Source: Candidatus Liptonbacteria bacterium (GTDB lineage Bacteria > Patescibacteriota > Minisyncoccia > UBA6257 > JACOXY01). From it: 64,000 bases of DNA. Numbering within the stretch: position 1 is the stretch's first letter; the number at the start of each line of letters is the position of its first letter. The notes beneath the pieces were generated by a model that searched no databases, had not been told where the DNA came from, and was given only the letters and a program-made list of their open reading frames with translations. Location of the stretch: positions 334 through 64,333 of the forward strand of contig JACOXY010000010.1 of the NCBI GenBank assembly GCA_016182095.1, read 5' to 3'. Shown here piece by piece: positions 36,797 through 46,042 of this stretch. A program made the translations under genes and the position numbers.

Positions 36797-36902
36797 TGGG
36801 GTAAGGGTTAAGAAGCCGGTTTGGTAAAAGTTTTTGGGTTAAGTGTTTTTAAAGACCGACTACCAGAACCCCTAAACCAAACTGGCCTCCTAACCCTAAC
36901 CC
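36797..36902. repeat. Repeat family F3 copy B (inverted-repeat hairpin element). Right arm ends in (CCCTAA)-like telomere-type hexamers.
   Basis: GGGGTAAGGGTTAAGAAGCCGGTTTGGT ... ACCAAACTGGCCTCCTAACCCTAACCC read directly. Confidence 0.5.
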
Positions 36903-36929
36903 AACCATGGGTTTTTGATTTTTAATATT

Positions 36930-37598
36930 ATGGCCCAATTTCAAGTTCCACAATTCATAGAAATTGAACAGAAGATTATAGCCGGCCGGATGACGCTAAA
37001 GCAATTTATTTTAGTGTGTGCCGGAATTTTGGTGGCTTTCGGTTTATTTTTTGTATTATATTTTATTACCTGGATAATTCTCACGACAATACTCGCAGCC
37101 GCCGTTTTGGCTCTTGGGTTTTTAAAAATCGGGGGGCGGCCGCTCTTGTCCATTCTTAGCGCCGCCTTTGTTTATTATTGGAATCCGTCTTTTTATCTTT
37201 GGCAATCGGAGGAGGGAGTAAGGATTGAAATTCCCAAAATAGAAACTAAAATTCATAAGGTTCACGAAGAAAAAACAGCGGGGGAAGAGTATATAAGACC
37301 GCAACTACCGCGAGAATTTACCGCGAGACCAGAGGTTAAACTCCCCGCAATTACCGAGAAAAAATTCGCGCCTCCGGCATCACCGGCCGCATATCAGGAT
37401 AAAGAGGCGCGCGCGAAAGTCGCGGGCGGACGCGAATTGCAAAATTTATGGGAGAGGATAAGCACATCAAAACTCGCCCTGCCCAAGCGAGAAAGAGCAA
37501 TAAATTTTTTCCTCAAAGACAAGGCGCGCGAAAATTACGAGATTCTGCGGAAAGCAACCGGAGAGATGGAAGTGGCAAAACGTGTTGATTTCAAATGA
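36930..37598 (+). CDS. PrgI/VirB3-like small membrane protein (true start MAQFQVPQFIEIE).
   Basis: N-terminal QFQVPQFIEIEQKIIAGRMTLKQFIL followed by two TM helices. Lies immediately upstream of VirB4, as is typical for PrgI-family proteins. Confidence 0.5.
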   Translation: MAQFQVPQFIEIEQKIIAGRMTLKQFILVCAGILVAFGLFFVLYFITWIILTTILAAAVLALGFLKIGGRPLLSILSAAFVYYWNPSFYLWQSEEGVRIEIPKIETKIHKVHEEKTAGEEYIRPQLPREFTARPEVKLPAITEKKFAPPASPAAYQDKEARAKVAGGRELQNLWERISTSKLALPKRERAINFFLKDKARENYEILRKATGEMEVAKRVDFK

Positions 37599-37611
37599 AA
37601 TCAACACGTTC

Positions 37612-37755
37612 AAGTTCTAAATCCTAAACCCTAAATTCTAAACAAATTTAAAACCAAATTTTAAAGTTCAAACCAGTATTTATTTTGCTTTGTGTTTAGA
37701 GTTTAAAGTTTTAAGTTTGTTTAGAGTTTAGAAATTAGAATTTAGAGTTTAATTT
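37612..37755. repeat. Inverted array of telomere-like CCCTAAA / TTTAGAG heptamers forming a long imperfect hairpin between the prgI-like and virB4-like genes.
   Basis: ctaaatcctaaaccctaaattctaaac vs gtttagagtttagaaattagaatttagagttta read directly. Confidence 0.45.
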
Positions 37756-37770
37756 AGCTATAATATCATT

Positions 37771-38418
37771 ATGACTCAATCTGGCGCTTTGCCCTCTCAA
37801 CAATTTGTTGAAGTTGAAGAGATTAAAGAAGACACCGTGGTTTTAAAAGCCGGCGGCCTAAGAAAGATACTGCTCGTGTCCGGCATCAACACGGAGCTTA
37901 AATCCGAAGAGGAACAAAGCGCCGTTTATTTTCTTTTTCAAAATTTTTTGAACAGTTTAGATTTCAGCATCCAGATAGCCATACACTCCCGCAAATTAAA
38001 CATTTCGGAATATTTAGAATACCTAAAGGGGCAGGAAGAAAATGAAACAAACGAACTTTTAAAAAATGGCATTGAGGAATATGCGGAATTCATAAAGTCA
38101 TTCGTCCAGGAAAACGACATTATGACAAAAAATTTCTTCGTGGTAGTTCCGTTTGAATCTCTGGCTATCCCCGGAGAAAAGAAAATCAAGTCGATGCTTC
38201 CTTTTGGTTTGGGGAAAAGCACGAACGCCGACACGGGCGAGGAAGAAGAGGATGATTTCACGCAAAGCGTTAACCAGTTGAACCAGCGGGTTGATCAGGT
38301 TATCGCCGGTCTCCACAATGTTGGCCTCCGCGCCGTGGTTTTAAATACAGAAGAGCTTACGGAGCTTTTTTATAACCTGTATAACCCGGAAACAATAGAA
38401 AAGAAAATGGCGTTATAA
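37771..38418 (+). CDS. VirB4/TrbE-family N-terminal domain as a separate 215-aa ORF.
   Basis: Stop codon then 5-nt gap (attaa) before the ATG of the ATPase ORF in a different frame. Combined, 215+570 aa puts the Walker A ~447 residues from the N-terminus, as in full-length VirB4. Confidence 0.4.
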   Translation: MTQSGALPSQQFVEVEEIKEDTVVLKAGGLRKILLVSGINTELKSEEEQSAVYFLFQNFLNSLDFSIQIAIHSRKLNISEYLEYLKGQEENETNELLKNGIEEYAEFIKSFVQENDIMTKNFFVVVPFESLAIPGEKKIKSMLPFGLGKSTNADTGEEEEDDFTQSVNQLNQRVDQVIAGLHNVGLRAVVLNTEELTELFYNLYNPETIEKKMAL

Positions 38419-38423
38419 ATTAA

Positions 38424-40136
38424 ATGGACGAAAAACAAATCAAAAACATCATAGCGCCTTCGGCGATTAAGATTAGCCCCAATAGCGTGAAAATCGGGGA
38501 CAAGTATTTAAAAACCCTGTTTATTTTTTCATTCCCCCGCTATCTTTCTTCGGGCTGGCTGAATCCGATTATAAATTTGCCGGAGCTTTTGGATATGTCT
38601 ATTTTTGTGCATCCGGTTGATACCTCAATTGCCTTGAAAAATTTAATGAAAAAGGCCGCCCAGCTTGAGGCGGAAATAATGGAACACCAAGAAAGTGGAT
38701 TGGTGCGCGATCCAGCGCTAGAAACCGCCTATAAAGACATTGACTCGCTCCGCGATGCCCTACAGCAGGCCAGGGAAAAGCTTTTTAATGTCGGCTTATA
38801 TGTCACAATCTATGCCGACACCGCTGAAAATTTAAACAAGCTGGAAGCAAAGATTACTTCAATGTTTGAGAATAAGCTGGTTTACATTAAAAACGCCGTC
38901 TTTCAGCAAGGCGAGGGCTACACCTCCATTCTGCCTTTGGGCGAAGACAAGTTAAGAATCTACACGCCGTTAAACTCCGGCCCTCTTTCAAGTTTTTTCC
39001 CGTTTATTTCAACGGACCTTACAAGCAATAAAGGCGTAATGTATGGTTTAAACCGCCACAACAGCACGCTCATAATTTTTGACAGGTTTTCTTTAGAGAA
39101 CGCCAACACCGTTATTTTTTCTAAATCCGGCGCGGGAAAATCTTATGCCGCCAAACTTGAAATCTTGAGAATGCTTATGACCGGGGTTGACGTTTTGATT
39201 GTTGATCCGGAAAACGAGTATGAGACGCTCACAAGATCCGTGGGCGGCACGGTGTTTAAAATAGGCCTGCTATCAAAAGACCATATAAACCCCCTGGACA
39301 TCCCGCCAGTGCCCGAAGACGAAAATCCCGGAGAAGTTTTGAAGTCTCACACGCTAAATTTAGCCGGGCTCCTTAAGCTTATGTTAGGCAAAATAAAACC
39401 GGAGGAAGACGCATTGCTAGACCAAGCGATAACCGAAGTTTATGCCGCGAGAGGCATAACGGCCGGTAAAGATTTTGGAGGAATTGAGCCTCCGCGCCTG
39501 CAAGACTTAAGAATAGTTTTGGAAAATATGCAAGGCGGGAGAGATTTAGCCCAGCGCCTCTACAGATTTACCGATGGAAGTTTTGCCGGCTTCGTGAACC
39601 AGCCAACCAATATTAATGTTTCAAATCGCCTTATCGCCTTTTCCATCCGCGATCTGGAGCCGGAATTACGGCCAATTGCCATATATATAATTCTAAACTT
39701 CATTTGGAATATGATCAGATCAAAACTTAAAAAAAGAATTATTGTTTTGGACGAGGCATGGTGGATGATGAAAATAGAGGAAGGAGCGCAATTTCTTTTT
39801 GGACTGGTAAAAAGAGCCAGAAAATATTATCTGGGCGTAACAACCATCACGCAGGACGTGGAAGATTTCATAAATTCTCCGTATGGCAAACCGATTATCA
39901 CCAATTCTTCCCTGCAGTTATTGCTCCAGCAGGCGCCAGCCGCAATAGACGTAGTGGCCAAAACTTTCGCCCTGACAGAAACAGAGAAAAACCTGCTTAT
40001 TGAAGCGGAGGTGGGTCATGGTATATTTTTTGCCGGCCTAAAACACGTCGCCATACAAATTATCCCATCCTTTTTTGAGAATAAAATTATAACCACTAAT
40101 CCCGAGGAAATACTGCAGATGAGGAAAGAAACTTAA
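38424..40136 (+). CDS. virB4: VirB4/TrbE/CagE-family T4SS ATPase, C-terminal (RecA-like) part.
   Basis: Walker A SKSGAGKSY and Walker B IIVLDEAWWMM. Overall pattern matches VirB4 C-terminal domain. Confidence 0.65.
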   Translation: MDEKQIKNIIAPSAIKISPNSVKIGDKYLKTLFIFSFPRYLSSGWLNPIINLPELLDMSIFVHPVDTSIALKNLMKKAAQLEAEIMEHQESGLVRDPALETAYKDIDSLRDALQQAREKLFNVGLYVTIYADTAENLNKLEAKITSMFENKLVYIKNAVFQQGEGYTSILPLGEDKLRIYTPLNSGPLSSFFPFISTDLTSNKGVMYGLNRHNSTLIIFDRFSLENANTVIFSKSGAGKSYAAKLEILRMLMTGVDVLIVDPENEYETLTRSVGGTVFKIGLLSKDHINPLDIPPVPEDENPGEVLKSHTLNLAGLLKLMLGKIKPEEDALLDQAITEVYAARGITAGKDFGGIEPPRLQDLRIVLENMQGGRDLAQRLYRFTDGSFAGFVNQPTNINVSNRLIAFSIRDLEPELRPIAIYIILNFIWNMIRSKLKKRIIVLDEAWWMMKIEEGAQFLFGLVKRARKYYLGVTTITQDVEDFINSPYGKPIITNSSLQLLLQQAPAAIDVVAKTFALTETEKNLLIEAEVGHGIFFAGLKHVAIQIIPSFFENKIITTNPEEILQMRKET

Positions 40137-40178
40137 TATAAATCAAAAACCAAAAATAAAAAATTAAAATTATAGATT

Positions 40179-40214
40179 GTCCCCCACCGCTTTTTTAAAA
40201 AAGCGGTGGGGGAC
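40179..40214. terminator. Strong bidirectional terminator: GTCCCCCACCGCTTTTTT AAAAAAGCGGTGGGGGAC.
   Basis: Perfect 18-nt palindromic hairpin read directly. Confidence 0.7.
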
Positions 40215-40253
40215 TCCATCATATTTGATTTTTAATATTTAATTTTTAATTTA

Positions 40254-40640
40254 ATGAACAAGCCCCATATTTCTCTGCCGGAAGCCATTATAATGCTACT
40301 AATAGCGGCGATGTCTGATGTTTTTGAGCTTTTGGTAACATTGGTTGGGTGGAGCGCGGTAATTATTCCTTATGTTGGCTGGCTTATAACCACGGCGGCG
40401 CCTTTTATAATTTTTTTTGAAAATCTGGTTGTTTTGGCCATAATTCAATTCTGGCTTATAATAAAAGGGGTGCGAAGTTGGATATTCGGAGTTGGCGGGT
40501 TGCTAGATTTTGTTCCTCTGCCGGGCATTAGCGCTTTCAATTTGAAAACTTTATGGTTGGTGGCGCTCATTATACGGGTCAATATGGGCGCGTCGCTTCC
40601 GTTAGTAGGAAAAGTAGCCGGGGCGACGGCAAAGAAATAA
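40254..40640 (+). CDS. Small polytopic membrane protein (3-4 TM).
   Basis: Hydrophobic ORF, no domain. Confidence 0.3.
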   Translation: MNKPHISLPEAIIMLLIAAMSDVFELLVTLVGWSAVIIPYVGWLITTAAPFIIFFENLVVLAIIQFWLIIKGVRSWIFGVGGLLDFVPLPGISAFNLKTLWLVALIIRVNMGASLPLVGKVAGATAKK

Positions 40641-40642
40641 AT

Positions 40643-40716
40643 ATATAATGCGAAAGTACGAATACATTATGCCTATAGCCTGTCGGCTCGGCCGATTAAG
40701 GCGAAATTTGCGAAAC
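40643..40716. mobile_element. Repeat family F2 copy 2 (truncated, lacks right end). Overlaps the annotated start of ORF 40648.
   Basis: atataatgcgaaagtacgaatacattatgcctatagcctgtcggctcggccgattaaggcgaaatttgcgaaacc read directly. Confidence 0.6.
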
Positions 40717-41418
40717 CAGCTCAAAGTCCAACCTCGGAAATCTAGGAGTACTTGCTTTATAACAGTTTTAGCCAGCATAGCGTTGCTTATTTTGGCTGTT
40801 TTGCAATTTAGATCGGCTAACGCCCAATCAACCCCGGCCTTTTGGGTTACTTGGGGCGCAGATTCATATGTCCCGGATTATTTTATTGGGAAAGCAATGC
40901 CATCCCGCGCTTCCAACATAACCGTTTCTTTTGAGATTTTAGAAAACGGCAAGCCATTAAGCTTAAGCGGGCAGGAGGTGAGGTGGTTTATAAATAATAC
41001 CATAGCGGCAAAAGGCGTTGCTTTAAAAACTTTTTCATTTCGCGCGGGCGCGAGCGCTCCGCTTGTAAGAATTGAATTGCCTGGATTTAGGGGGGGGGCA
41101 TCTCTCATAAAGTCGTTTCAAATACCCGTAAGAGAGCCGGAGATTGTAATTAAAGCGGCGGGCGTTGCGCAAGCGGGACAAGATATAAGTCTTAGCGCCA
41201 TATCCTATTTTTTCAATATCCAAAATCTGTCAGAACTTTTTTTCACTTGGAAAGTTAACTCTGTCTCTCCGGAGGGAACACCTAAGAATCCGGAACTTTT
41301 GACTATTTCCGTGCCGACGGAGGCAAAAAGCGGGGACAAGATAATAACAGAGGTGTTTGTTGGGACTTATGGATCTTCCCTAAGGGTATCCGGGAGAAAA
41401 ATTTTAACGGTAAAATAA
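40648..41418 (+). CDS. Secreted hypothetical protein. N-terminal 23 residues of the track ORF are encoded by repeat F2, so the true start is probably later. Contains a G9 homopolymer in-frame (41090-41098).
   Basis: Hydrophobic signal-like segment CFITVLASIALLILAVLQFRSANAQ. Poly-G read directly. Confidence 0.35.
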   Translation: MRKYEYIMPIACRLGRLRRNLRNQLKVQPRKSRSTCFITVLASIALLILAVLQFRSANAQSTPAFWVTWGADSYVPDYFIGKAMPSRASNITVSFEILENGKPLSLSGQEVRWFINNTIAAKGVALKTFSFRAGASAPLVRIELPGFRGGASLIKSFQIPVREPEIVIKAAGVAQAGQDISLSAISYFFNIQNLSELFFTWKVNSVSPEGTPKNPELLTISVPTEAKSGDKIITEVFVGTYGSSLRVSGRKILTVK

Positions 41419-41454
41419 GTTATCCTTCGACAAGATCAGAAAATAAATTTTAGA

Positions 41455-42210
41455 ATGACACAAATGAATACAAATAAAATTATTTCTAAAATACTGCTTA
41501 TTCTAATCGCGGCTTTGGTTCTCGCGGCTCCTTTTGTGGTTTATGTCGCAAGCGCGGCGGAGGGGTATAAAATCACCACCTCTTTGCCGGGCACAGACAT
41601 CATCAAAGGACAAACGGCCAAGGGAATAACTCTCCAGCAATATGTGAGACAGCTTTATCTTTTCTCGTTGGGCATCGTGGGGCTAGTGGCGCTTGCCGCC
41701 ATTACCTATCAGTCGGTCCGTTATATAATGGCCGCCGGAAACGCCTCTAAAATGAGCGACGCCATGGGCGGCGTCCAGGATGCTGTTTTGGGGTTGGTTC
41801 TACTGCTTCTTGCCGCCACAATTCTTGTTTTTATTAATCCCAACCTTGTGAACCTGCGTTCATTTGACGATTATTTACAGCCCATCTCCGGACCACAAGT
41901 TTTACCATGTAACGTTGGCGGGCCTTGTACAACTTTTAGCAGTTGCCCAGGCACCGCAACCGCCTGCAACGCGGATGGCTCATATAACTGTGCCGACAAT
42001 CCCAATGACAATTGCCCTGCGACTAATACTGGCCTATATTATTGTAGAGCAAATACCGTTGACTGCGACAACCTTTTGGTGGGTCCATATAATACAAGCG
42101 CCAGTTGCACGTCGGTGTGCAACTCCGCGCTAATAGAAAGTCAGCCATGCAGCGGCCCGGGAGACAGAATTTTAAGCGGGCCTACTTGCGCCCAGGCGCC
42201 GGCCCCATAA
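41455..42210 (+). CDS. VirB2/TrbC-like pilin paralog 5 with long Cys-rich C-terminal extension (about 20 Cys).
   Basis: Signal/TM, helix pair LYLFSLGIVGLVALAAITYQSVRYIMAAGNASKMSDAMGGVQDAVLGLVLLLLAATILVF, then a Cys-rich tail. Confidence 0.45.
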   Translation: MTQMNTNKIISKILLILIAALVLAAPFVVYVASAAEGYKITTSLPGTDIIKGQTAKGITLQQYVRQLYLFSLGIVGLVALAAITYQSVRYIMAAGNASKMSDAMGGVQDAVLGLVLLLLAATILVFINPNLVNLRSFDDYLQPISGPQVLPCNVGGPCTTFSSCPGTATACNADGSYNCADNPNDNCPATNTGLYYCRANTVDCDNLLVGPYNTSASCTSVCNSALIESQPCSGPGDRILSGPTCAQAPAP

Positions 42211-42213
42211 ATT

Positions 42214-43137
42214 ATGAAAAGGCTTTTAGTATTAACTTTAATTTTAGCGGGTTTGATCGCAGCCGGAATAGGCGGTTATTATATCTGGCAGTACTACTCG
42301 GAGACTGTAAGTAATGAACCAAAACCCCCTGATAATAATAACGGCGGAACTACACCGCCCGAAACAACGGGGGTCCCGGTGAGTAAATTCAAATTGGTAA
42401 CCGATGCCGCTCTTCGCGCTTCTTTTGATAAAGGATGGGCTCCTCCGCAATTTCAGGAAAATTGGGTTAGCGCCGATTGGTCGCCCGATTCTTCGCAAGT
42501 TGTTTACTTAGAAACCGTGGGCGGAAAAACAAATCTGGGATTATTCACTCCGTCTAATCTTAAGAGCCAGGCACTTGCTTCGCTCACGCTCCGGGACACG
42601 ACGGTAACATGGCTAAATTCAAACGAAATAATTATCTCCGATAAACCATCTAAAGCAGTCCGGGGGTCGGTTTGGAAATATAAAATTAAGGAAAAGATTT
42701 TTGAGCCGGTCATCACGGAAGAGTTGGGTCCTTGGATTCAATGGGACAAGAATTTTAACGGCGGCATTAAATTTAGTACGAGTCAAGGCGGGACAAGCCC
42801 CCCCACGAAGCTCGAGGCAAGTATTATTGATAACACCGGCAAAGTTGTAAAAATGCTGCCTTTTATAACCTTCCCCGACAAGTGCGTTTTTGAAAATGCC
42901 TTGGTTTTTTGCGCTGTGCCAAATCGCATTCTATCCGGCGCGAATCTGCCAGACGATTATTTAAAAGGCTCTCTTGTTTTATCCGATGCCTTTTTTAGCT
43001 TTAACATAAAAACTGGGGCGGTGGAGTTCCTTGTCGATTCCGAAGGGTCAATTAACGCGACGCGCCTTAAAAAAATCGGCAATAAACTGCTTTTTATGAA
43101 CCACTACGACGATAAGCTTTATGAGATGCGGTTGTAA
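42214..43137 (+). CDS. Membrane-anchored periplasmic protein with TolB/PD40-like beta-propeller features.
   Basis: N-terminal TM. ADWSPDSSQVVYLETVGGKTNLGLF resembles PD40 repeats. Confidence 0.3.
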   Translation: MKRLLVLTLILAGLIAAGIGGYYIWQYYSETVSNEPKPPDNNNGGTTPPETTGVPVSKFKLVTDAALRASFDKGWAPPQFQENWVSADWSPDSSQVVYLETVGGKTNLGLFTPSNLKSQALASLTLRDTTVTWLNSNEIIISDKPSKAVRGSVWKYKIKEKIFEPVITEELGPWIQWDKNFNGGIKFSTSQGGTSPPTKLEASIIDNTGKVVKMLPFITFPDKCVFENALVFCAVPNRILSGANLPDDYLKGSLVLSDAFFSFNIKTGAVEFLVDSEGSINATRLKKIGNKLLFMNHYDDKLYEMRL

Positions 43138-43151
43138 TCGTTATAGCCGTT

Positions 43152-43544
43152 CTAACGTTCAAACGTTGAAGCAGATAGAGACTTTTCTAATCCCAAAAGC
43201 TTGAAATATTCTTTTTCAAGAAGCGCTTGAAGCGTCTTAACTTCTTCTACTAAAACAAAGTTTTCCTGTAGAGCTATTTTTACACACCCAACACACTCTA
43301 CTGTTGAGCCAATAGATCTTCGTATATATAAAATGAAAGATTTTTTTGTTGGTTGAGCGCTTCCTTCAACAATATTTAACACAATAGAAGTTGCCGCCCT
43401 TTTTAGCTGATTTACTAACGAAAAAAGCTCGTCTTTGGGAAACTTTTTAGTCACTTTATAAATCTCTTTAACAATATCCATTGCTATTCGGTAAACTTCC
43501 AAATTTTCAAAGCGATAATTTTTAAATTTTTTTTCGCTTTCCAT
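43152..43544 (-). CDS. Four-helix-bundle protein (TIGR02436 family), second copy. Flanked on both sides by AACG-type phased repeats.
   Basis: YRFENLEVYRIAMDIVKEIYKVTKKFPKDE...SIVLNIVEG family pattern. Confidence 0.65.
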   Translation of the reverse strand: MESEKKFKNYRFENLEVYRIAMDIVKEIYKVTKKFPKDELFSLVNQLKRAATSIVLNIVEGSAQPTKKSFILYIRRSIGSTVECVGCVKIALQENFVLVEEVKTLQALLEKEYFKLLGLEKSLSASTFER

Positions 43545-43586
43545 GCGATTAGAACGCTTAGAACGTCATAACGACTATGGCGACCG

Positions 43587-44021
43587 CTACACCAGCGTTA
43601 TCACCACATGCCTCTCTTTTCCCATCCCCTCGCTCCCGGTTTTAACTTCCGGATGAACCGCGAGCGCGGTGTGTACCAGTCGCCGCTCGTAGGAATTCAT
43701 TGGCGGCAAAGCGATTGGTTCTTTGGTGGCTATAACTTTTTTGGCGGCCGCCCTGGCAAGCTCCGAAATAATGCGCTCTCTCTCCATCCGATAATTATTG
43801 ACGTCAACAAAAAACGGCGGCTCGTTCTCACGTTTGGCAATAAGCTGGGCCACAATATTAAAATCCTGCACAAAATGACCCAGGTTTTTCTCTATAACCG
43901 GGGTTAGCTCGTCACTAATAAAGATAGAAATCTTCCTTGCTGATTCGTCGCACTTTACGTCCGATTCTTCAAAGCCCATCTGCTCAACAATTTTTTTAAT
44001 TGTGTCGGGTACATTGGTCAT
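43587..44021 (-). CDS. jag: Jag/KhpB-like RNA-binding protein (KH + R3H domains).
   Basis: C-terminal R3H motif (MNSYERRLVHTAL). Position downstream of yidC in the conserved rpmH-rnpA-yidC-jag order. Confidence 0.7.
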   Translation of the reverse strand: MTNVPDTIKKIVEQMGFEESDVKCDESARKISIFISDELTPVIEKNLGHFVQDFNIVAQLIAKRENEPPFFVDVNNYRMERERIISELARAAAKKVIATKEPIALPPMNSYERRLVHTALAVHPEVKTGSEGMGKERHVVITLV

Positions 44022-44144
44022 CCCTCACTCAAGAAGGAGCATTTTCTGCTACTTCTTGTATTAATATTAATTTGATTTAATGTTCAGAATAATCATGGTA
44101 TAACGACTGTTTAATTGATGGCTCACACTCCTTCTTGAGTGAGG
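44021..44144. mobile_element. MITE family F1 copy 3 (inverted orientation, interior diverged) between jag and yidC.
   Basis: Same terminal inverted repeats TCCCTCACTCAAGAAGGAG / CTCCTTCTTGAGTGAGGGA. Interior begins cattttctgct, the reverse complement of the copy-1 interior end. Confidence 0.5.
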
Positions 44145-44157
44145 GATTTTTGATATT

Positions 44158-44877
44158 TTATTTAGATAGCGCTCTATTTATAATATATTGCTGTAAAATT
44201 GAAAAGGCGGTTGTAGATGCCCAATAAAGAGATATGGCCGAGGGAAACCCCCACAATAAAACCAGGGTGATCCCCGGCATCATATAGGTCATATTGCGCG
44301 AGACCTGCTCGGCTGTGCTTAGTTCTTTTTTGCTCTTGCCGTCTTCCGCCGCCTTCGCCGCGGCATATCGTCCTTGAAAATACTGTAAAATAACCGCAAC
44401 GATAATGAGGATAATACTACGTTCGCGCATATTTATCAAGCCCAAAAATATAAAGTTCACTCCATCCCGCAGGGCAATTGATGGGTAAAGGGCCACGAGC
44501 GCTCCGTCTCCCAATCCCCTAAACAGGCCATACATTGCTATGAAAATAGGAAGTTGTAAGAGCAAAAAAAGAAATCCGGAGAAGGGGTTGACCTTGTGTT
44601 CTCTGTATAAATCCAAAAGCGCCTCTGATTGCTTTTGGGTATCGTTTTTGTGCTTTTCTTGAATTTCCTTTATTTTTGGCTGAAGCTTTTGCATTATTGA
44701 CTGGTGATACATTCCCTTATGAAAAAGCGGATAAAGAACAATTCGAACAGCGAGCGTGAGTATAATTATGGCGATGCCAATATCATAAAGGACAAGGTTG
44801 TCATAAATAAAAAACAGGACGACGTAAAGTCCGTTGAATATTGGACGATAGAATATTTCGTAGAGAAAGGAAAACAT
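44158..44877 (-). CDS. yidC: Membrane protein insertase YidC (short form).
   Basis: Multi-TM, with the conserved YidC/Oxa1 core. Synteny with rnpA and rpmH. Confidence 0.75.
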   Translation of the reverse strand: MFSFLYEIFYRPIFNGLYVVLFFIYDNLVLYDIGIAIIILTLAVRIVLYPLFHKGMYHQSIMQKLQPKIKEIQEKHKNDTQKQSEALLDLYREHKVNPFSGFLFLLLQLPIFIAMYGLFRGLGDGALVALYPSIALRDGVNFIFLGLINMRERSIILIIVAVILQYFQGRYAAAKAAEDGKSKKELSTAEQVSRNMTYMMPGITLVLLWGFPSAISLYWASTTAFSILQQYIINRALSK

Positions 44878-45017
44878 ATATATAACGCGAAATTGGCGAA
44901 TCTTTTATGCCTATAGCCTGTCGGCTCGGCCGATTAAGGCGAAATTGGCGAAAAGAGTCATTTTGTTTTTTTTATTATTTCGCGTGTTTCGCATACTCAA
45001 TTCGTAGTTTCGCATTA
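44878..45017. mobile_element. Repeat family F2 copy 3 with both terminal GCGAAA-rich arms, between yidC and rnpA.
   Basis: Identical core. Right end ttcgtagtttcgcattat is the inverse of the copy-1 left end tataatgcgaaactacgaa. Confidence 0.6.
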
Positions 45018-45338
45018 TTTTAAAAACTTTAAAATATTGCTGGCTTCTTTTTGTAGGTCTTTTTTTGTTAAATCGTTAACCGCCGGCAATATGGTAATAA
45101 TAACATCTTTGCCGGGTTCTAGGCCCTTGCCGGCAATTCTAATAAATTCATAAACTTTTCTTTTAAGAGAGTTTCTCTTGGGTGCTTTTTTGTTAATTTT
45201 ATTACCCACCACAACGCCAAACCGAGAAAAATTCAGGGCAGATCCCATAATTTTAATAACAAAAAAGTTGTTCCTCACAACTTTTCCCGGCTTTTTATAA
45301 AAATATTGAATTGGAAGGCGATATTTTTTGGCAAGCAT
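45015..45338 (-). CDS. rnpA: Ribonuclease P protein component.
   Basis: Basic protein (KKYRLPIQYF...RNSLKRKVYEFIR). Lies immediately downstream of rpmH. Confidence 0.8.
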   Translation of the reverse strand: MLAKKYRLPIQYFYKKPGKVVRNNFFVIKIMGSALNFSRFGVVVGNKINKKAPKRNSLKRKVYEFIRIAGKGLEPGKDVIITILPAVNDLTKKDLQKEASNILKFLK

Positions 45339-45394
45339 ATACTAGCTAATAGCCAATAGTTTTACCCTAATGGCCAGACTCTGGTGACCAAGTC

Positions 45395-45535
45395 TTAAAC
45401 TGTCAACCTTTTCCTTCCTTTGGCTCTCCTCGCTTTGAGTACGCGCCTCCCGGTAGCCGCCCTAGATCTCTTTAAAAAGCCGTGGGTCCTGCTTCTTTTC
45501 CTTTTTTTGGGCTGATATGTGCGTTTTGTGGCCAT
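45395..45535 (-). CDS. rpmH: 50S ribosomal protein L34 (46 aa). Below the ORF-track size cutoff.
   Basis: My translation of the minus strand: [46 protein letters not shown]. Confidence 0.9.
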   Translation of the reverse strand: MATKRTYQPKKRKRSRTHGFLKRSRAATGRRVLKARRAKGRKRLTV

Positions 45536-45692
45536 TTTGGTTAATTTTATTTTAGCTCCTAGATTTGAATTAATACTAACATGACATGCGCAAACAGTAA
45601 ACCGTAGAATCGCATGAAAATTAAAGACCGGGGCGTTCGTGTTGTGTGTTTTTTAATTTTAATCTCATAGTCTTGGCTAAAATTAAAAATGC

Positions 45693-45712
45693 TTTTCCAC
45701 AACTAATCCACA
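45693..45712 (+). promoter_or_regulatory. Two adjacent DnaA-box-like 9-mers (TTTTCCACA, TAATCCACA) in the AT-rich rpmH-dnaA intergenic region (oriC candidate).
   Basis: Read directly. The surrounding 500 bp are >70% AT. Confidence 0.5.
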
Positions 45713-46042
45713 CCTTGTAAAGTATTTGCATTTTGACGCTGGTTACATAAAAATTAAAATTGATTTAAGATTATGTGATAGACCTTTTACGCAATTCCTT
45801 CTCTACTGCAATTTCCATATTTTGGCTGCGGCTTTCCTAAAAATTTCTTGAAATATACCGGTGTATATTCCTTCAAAATTTTTACTTTGCCTCGCTCAAA
45901 ATCTGAAAATTTCGTTACGAAAAGAATTGCGCAAAAGGTCTGGTATGTGAAAAGATAAATTTGTTAAGCTGTGATCGCCTTTTGATATTTGATAATAAAA
46001 TTAAAATTATATATTCAGGTAACAATATAAAATAAAAACGGA

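Noticed and set aside
40648-40716. N-terminus MRKYEYIMPIACRLGRLRRNLRNQ of ORF 40648
   Set aside because: These codons are the F2 repeat itself (identical DNA occurs in two intergenic sites). The real start is probably downstream, near the hydrophobic segment.
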